NCBI GenBank assembly: GCA_910587225.1
Contig: CAJULT010000004.1
Coordinates: forward strand, 1 to 59,349
Reading direction: 5' to 3'
From: an uncultured Christensenellaceae bacterium
Lineage (GTDB): Bacteria; Bacillota; Clostridia; Christensenellales; UBA1242
Length of the DNA: 59,349 bases
Part shown: positions 55,882 to 59,349 of the stretch, in pieces
Layout: each line of letters opens with the position of its first letter
Position numbering within the stretch: position 1 is the first letter of the stretch
Notes under the pieces: generated by a model
Told to the model about the DNA's origin: nothing
Databases searched by the model: none
The model's input: the letters and a program-made list of their open reading frames with translations, nothing else
Made by a program: the position numbers and the translations under genes

Positions 55882-56619
55882 TTAGCCTTCCATTAGCATT
55901 TTGTCAGCTATTAGCGCTATCAACTCGCCATTAGTAGGCTTTTCATTTGAATTGTAAATTTTAAGTCCGAAAAGAGAATTAATGTTTTCAATCTTACCTC
56001 TATTCCATGCTACTTCAATGGCATGACGCATGCCACGCTCAACCTTGCTTGAAGAAGTATCAAAGCGCTCTGCTATGGTTGGATAAAGTTTTTTGGTAAT
56101 AGAGCCGATGATTTCGGGTTCTTCTACCGCAAGCTTAACAGCCTCTCTTAGAAACTGATAACCTTTAATATGAGCAGGAATTCCGATAGAAATGAAAATA
56201 TTTGAAATTTTTTCTTCCAACTGCTTTTCGCCTTTATCTAAGGCTTTGTCAGTTTGGGTGAGAAGGTCACGCATACGCTGGTCAAGATTTTCAGGTATAA
56301 TAGGTTTAACCATAAAATAGCTAGCCCCTTCCTTGATTGCTTTTGAAACAAAACCACTATGAGATAGGTGTGAAACGAAGATAACCTTAGGCATAGAAGC
56401 TTTCATCTCTTTTTTGAGAGTTTCTAAAACCATAAAGCCGTCCATACCTGAAAGCATAACTTCCATCACAAGAAAATCAGGCTTTAACATTTTTACGTCT
56501 TTGATGACGCCAGCGCCGTCTGTCGAGCGCCCTACCAGACTATATTTCTCACTTGCGGTGAAATAGCTTGCAAGCGTTTCATCTTCTGCGTCCGCCAAAT
56601 AAACCTTTTGTTTTTCCAT
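55882..56619 (-). CDS. spo0A: sporulation master regulator Spo0A with an atypical receiver domain (Glu at the phospho-acceptor position)
   Basis: The C-terminal effector domain IGIPAHIKGYQFLREAV..SKVERGMRHAIEVAWNRG is diagnostic for Spo0A. The start is MEKQKVYLAD at 56619 (AAAGGAGAG Shine-Dalgarno). The receiver reads PDFLVMEVMLSGMDG where Spo0A proteins read PD..LLD.IMPHLDG. Confidence 0.85.
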   Translation of the reverse strand: MEKQKVYLADAEDETLASYFTASEKYSLVGRSTDGAGVIKDVKMLKPDFLVMEVMLSGMDGFMVLETLKKEMKASMPKVIFVSHLSHSGFVSKAIKEGASYFMVKPIIPENLDQRMRDLLTQTDKALDKGEKQLEEKISNIFISIGIPAHIKGYQFLREAVKLAVEEPEIIGSITKKLYPTIAERFDTSSSKVERGMRHAIEVAWNRGKIENINSLFGLKIYNSNEKPTNGELIALIADKMLMEG

Positions 56620-56673
56620 ATTTTCTCTCCTTTTATTTTTTTCAACGAACAATCTAACTATATCACAAATTTC

Positions 56674-56722
56674 AACCAAAAAAAATCATAATAGCGGTGT
56701 CGTAACCGAATATTATGATTTT
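56674..56722 (-). terminator. rho-independent terminator after the 56757-59288 gene
   Basis: 12-bp perfect stem AAAATCATAATA/TATTATGATTTT (56682-56693 with 56711-56722), followed on the minus strand by a T-run. Confidence 0.7.
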
Positions 56723-56756
56723 ATTTGTCGAGTATTGTCATGTCAATTTTACTTGC

Positions 56757-59288
56757 TTAACTCACCCCTTCAAAGCCCATTTCCACGAGGTAATTATAAA
56801 CATTTTCGCTGCCACTTTGACCGCCAACTGCAAATAATCCGCTAGGCATTGGCATGCCGTCATTTAGGTATTGATCATAAGTAAAATCGCCAAAACTTTG
56901 GGCGTTGCCTAACATCTTCTTTCCTTCTAATTCAGTCTCTGAATAAACTCCTGTCATAGATTCTACTAAGCCTCCACTTCCATTGACCGATTTACAGTTC
57001 GCACCACTTATGCCATAGGCTGCACAAGCAGTTAAACGCCCCGTAGTCAAAGTATCTCCAATGAAGGCACCACAATAGTCCCCGTCTAAAGCGCTGTTTT
57101 TAACTAAACATCCGCTGATAATCACATTAGGCGCAGCAGCTCGACCTACCAAACCACCAACAAATCTTCCATTTAAATTTGCATATGACACGATACAATT
57201 TTTAATTTCACTGTTAGTTGTAGTTCCGCCCATTATTGCTCCTACATTTGTATACATATCAATAGTAACATGTTCAAGAATTATATTTGAAACATACAAC
57301 GCCTGTCCGAACAGGCCGGCACAATTATAGTTCCCCTCAGTGATCCTGAGATTTGAAATCTTATAATAGCTGCCATCAAAATTTCCCATAAATGTGCTTC
57401 GAATATTTAGAATATTTATCGGAACCCATTGGTGAGCGTTTAAATCTATGTTTGCTCCAAGTTTAAAATATACACCTTCAAAAGCGCTAGTCTGACTATC
57501 AAGAGATAACTTTCCAAGCTGCCCTGCTGTTTTAATAATATATGGGTCTTGCTGCGTTCCTGTGCCGCTTGCGTAACTTGACGCGACATATTCAGAATCT
57601 GTCCATGCTTTTTCCTGCCAGTTGGCAGTAAGTGTCACTGAGTCATTATTCGTCGGCGTAATGCTTTTAAAATATACTAGACCAATTCCGTTCACACATT
57701 TTGTTGTAGACGATGAAATTGAGGTTGTAGGAGCGTTTGTTGTCCCCCACAGCGCTGTAGCAGGATTAAGCCCTTCTGTCACAGTCCAACCTGTAAAGTT
57801 ATAACCTGTCCTTGTTGGTGACGAAACTGAAATAACGGTGGTGTAATTTTTACTTCCCAAACTTGTAGAACTTGTGCTACCGTTGTATGTCCCGCCATTT
57901 GGATTTACTGTAACTGTATATTTGTTTTCAGTCCAACGAGCGTAAAGAGTTGTAAAATTAGAGCCCGCAATGGCCTTATGCCATACTCTTGCACTCGCAC
58001 CCGTTGAGGTATAATACTGCGTTCCGCCACTTGTGGCACTTGTATCGAAATAACCTTGGAAGGTGTAGCCTGTCCGCGAAGGTTTTGTTATGGCTGGCAT
58101 TTCACTATCGTAGGTTGCGTCTATACGGGTTGTTCCGCCGCTGCCACCGTTTTGCTCTAACTTGACAATTGTAGTTTTCGCAGTCCAGTTGGCAGTAAGC
58201 GTTGAATTGTTAACTACTGAAACGGTATTATATGTTTTGTTATATGTCGATGAACCACTTGTCACGCTGTAACCACTGAAATTATAGCCCGTTTTGGATG
58301 GATACAATAAAGGCACACTAGATCCAATAGAGTAAGTATATGTAATACTTGAAGTTGTCCAACTATTTGCTGGCACAACCCAAAAATCACTTGAAAACTC
58401 CCCCGAAACACTTTCTAATGAGTAAATACCAAAATAATATGTGCCAGTTGCGTAGGCTGTAAATGGTAACCACTCACCATAATCCTCAAATTCCAAACTG
58501 CCTTCATCATCTGCCTGACCAAAATCTGGATCGGTACTATATAGTACGCCAATATTGTATGCTCCTCCAATAGCATGAAGTAAATACTCCTCGCCAGCAG
58601 TTAAGTCTGCTGAAAACTGCGTTGGCGCAAAGCTACCTTCATCAGCTTGAACATACATATTCCCTTCACTTGCCACATAACTGATCGTCATGCCCGCGCC
58701 ACTATCGCCTACCCAGTCTTTATCAATCCCTTGAAGCACATTTCTATAATGCCTTCCCCCATTTGGATTTACTGTAATGTCGCTAGTTAAAGCATCCAAA
58801 ACTAGATACACATTGACTTTCACATTGCCCATATATGAAATTGCGCTATCAATAACCCCAATTGAAAATGAGGGTAATGTTCTCTTACTAGATACCGTGC
58901 CCTCACTTCCTAGGCTAATAATTGAATATGTTGCATAAGACTCGTTAAGGTTTATAGCATAACCTTCTGGCGCTACTCCGTCCAAATTCACAGTTATCGT
59001 ACATCTATGCAAGTATCCATCAATTGTCTGCTGATGTGTTCCGCCGCAAACATCACTTCGAGTTAATGTAGGATTAGTAGCCACGGTCGCACTTCCTCCC
59101 GATGAATAAGTTGCACTGACCGTTCCCAAAGTAGACATCCATTTGCAACCAATCGCACCGTTCACATCTTCTGAAATTTCATCTTTTTGTTGTGTGTTAA
59201 ATATTTCACTTGACGACAAAAAATATGCGCCACCCGCCATTATGCTTAAACAAAAAATCAGCGCTAATGTTTTTAAAACTTTTTTCAT
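56757..59288 (-). CDS. surface protein with Listeria-Bacteroides repeats and a C-terminal GLUG-type beta-helix module
   Basis: N-terminal signal/anchor; three P(S/T)(K/R)TGY(N/T)F(S/Q/T)G(Y/W)...TL(T/Y)A(N/R)W repeats; then DPYIIKTAGQLGKLS...NIDLNAHQWVPI..FMGNFDGSYYKISNL...CAGLFGQ...VGGLVGR. AAGGAGG Shine-Dalgarno. Confidence 0.85.
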   Translation of the reverse strand: MKKVLKTLALIFCLSIMAGGAYFLSSSEIFNTQQKDEISEDVNGAIGCKWMSTLGTVSATYSSGGSATVATNPTLTRSDVCGGTHQQTIDGYLHRCTITVNLDGVAPEGYAINLNESYATYSIISLGSEGTVSSKRTLPSFSIGVIDSAISYMGNVKVNVYLVLDALTSDITVNPNGGRHYRNVLQGIDKDWVGDSGAGMTISYVASEGNMYVQADEGSFAPTQFSADLTAGEEYLLHAIGGAYNIGVLYSTDPDFGQADDEGSLEFEDYGEWLPFTAYATGTYYFGIYSLESVSGEFSSDFWVVPANSWTTSSITYTYSIGSSVPLLYPSKTGYNFSGYSVTSGSSTYNKTYNTVSVVNNSTLTANWTAKTTIVKLEQNGGSGGTTRIDATYDSEMPAITKPSRTGYTFQGYFDTSATSGGTQYYTSTGASARVWHKAIAGSNFTTLYARWTENKYTVTVNPNGGTYNGSTSSTSLGSKNYTTVISVSSPTRTGYNFTGWTVTEGLNPATALWGTTNAPTTSISSSTTKCVNGIGLVYFKSITPTNNDSVTLTANWQEKAWTDSEYVASSYASGTGTQQDPYIIKTAGQLGKLSLDSQTSAFEGVYFKLGANIDLNAHQWVPINILNIRSTFMGNFDGSYYKISNLRITEGNYNCAGLFGQALYVSNIILEHVTIDMYTNVGAIMGGTTTNSEIKNCIVSYANLNGRFVGGLVGRAAAPNVIISGCLVKNSALDGDYCGAFIGDTLTTGRLTACAAYGISGANCKSVNGSGGLVESMTGVYSETELEGKKMLGNAQSFGDFTYDQYLNDGMPMPSGLFAVGGQSGSENVYNYLVEMGFEGVS

Positions 59289-59349
59289 TACGCCTCCTTA
59301 ATTTAACTCTAATTTCTTACTTTCAATTTTTATTTTAGCAAATCCCTCC

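Noticed and set aside
56698-56747. Cluster of TGTCG(T/A)N / TGTCA words resembling Spo0A 0A boxes upstream of spo0A
   Set aside because: One lies in the loop of the terminator hairpin. The others lie between the stop of the upstream gene and that terminator, outside the likely spo0A promoter (56620-56675). The matches are to a short degenerate consensus.

Overview
AT-rich chromosomal segment of a spore-forming Firmicute, Clostridia-like. Recognisable genes are spo0A, spoIIE, cwlD, yycJ-like plus htrA-like, uvrB/uvrA, tilS, metG, a ttcA-like gene and three tRNAs. The window is dominated by one uninterrupted 19-kb gene (24109-43110, minus strand). It encodes a 6,333-aa lipoprotein-anchored surface giant built from Ig-like arrays and GLUG-type beta-helix modules, and it sits behind a perfect consensus TTGACA-17-TATAAT promoter. 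A second, 843-aa protein with GLUG and Listeria-Bacteroides repeats lies at the right edge. The left ~7 kb contain a visibly more GC-rich ~5-kb integrative element. Its large serine recombinase gene runs antisense through a tRNA-Leu(CAG) gene in a rearranged tRNA locus: a promoter, a 5'-half tRNA pseudogene, then the intact tRNA. The element carries a TetR / Acg-like nitroreductase / zinc-ribbon cargo. Other points worth a second look: a Spo0A whose phospho-acceptor Asp is replaced by Glu; a MetRS with TLGN in place of HIGH; three genes with an identical TATAAT-N6-ATG geometry and no Shine-Dalgarno (candidate leaderless mRNAs); two paralogous membrane-anchored winged-helix proteins next to uvrBA; and several orphan gene clusters. 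No CRISPR array, rRNA or IS transposase was seen. All calls come from reading the sequence and from motif memory. No database search was run.
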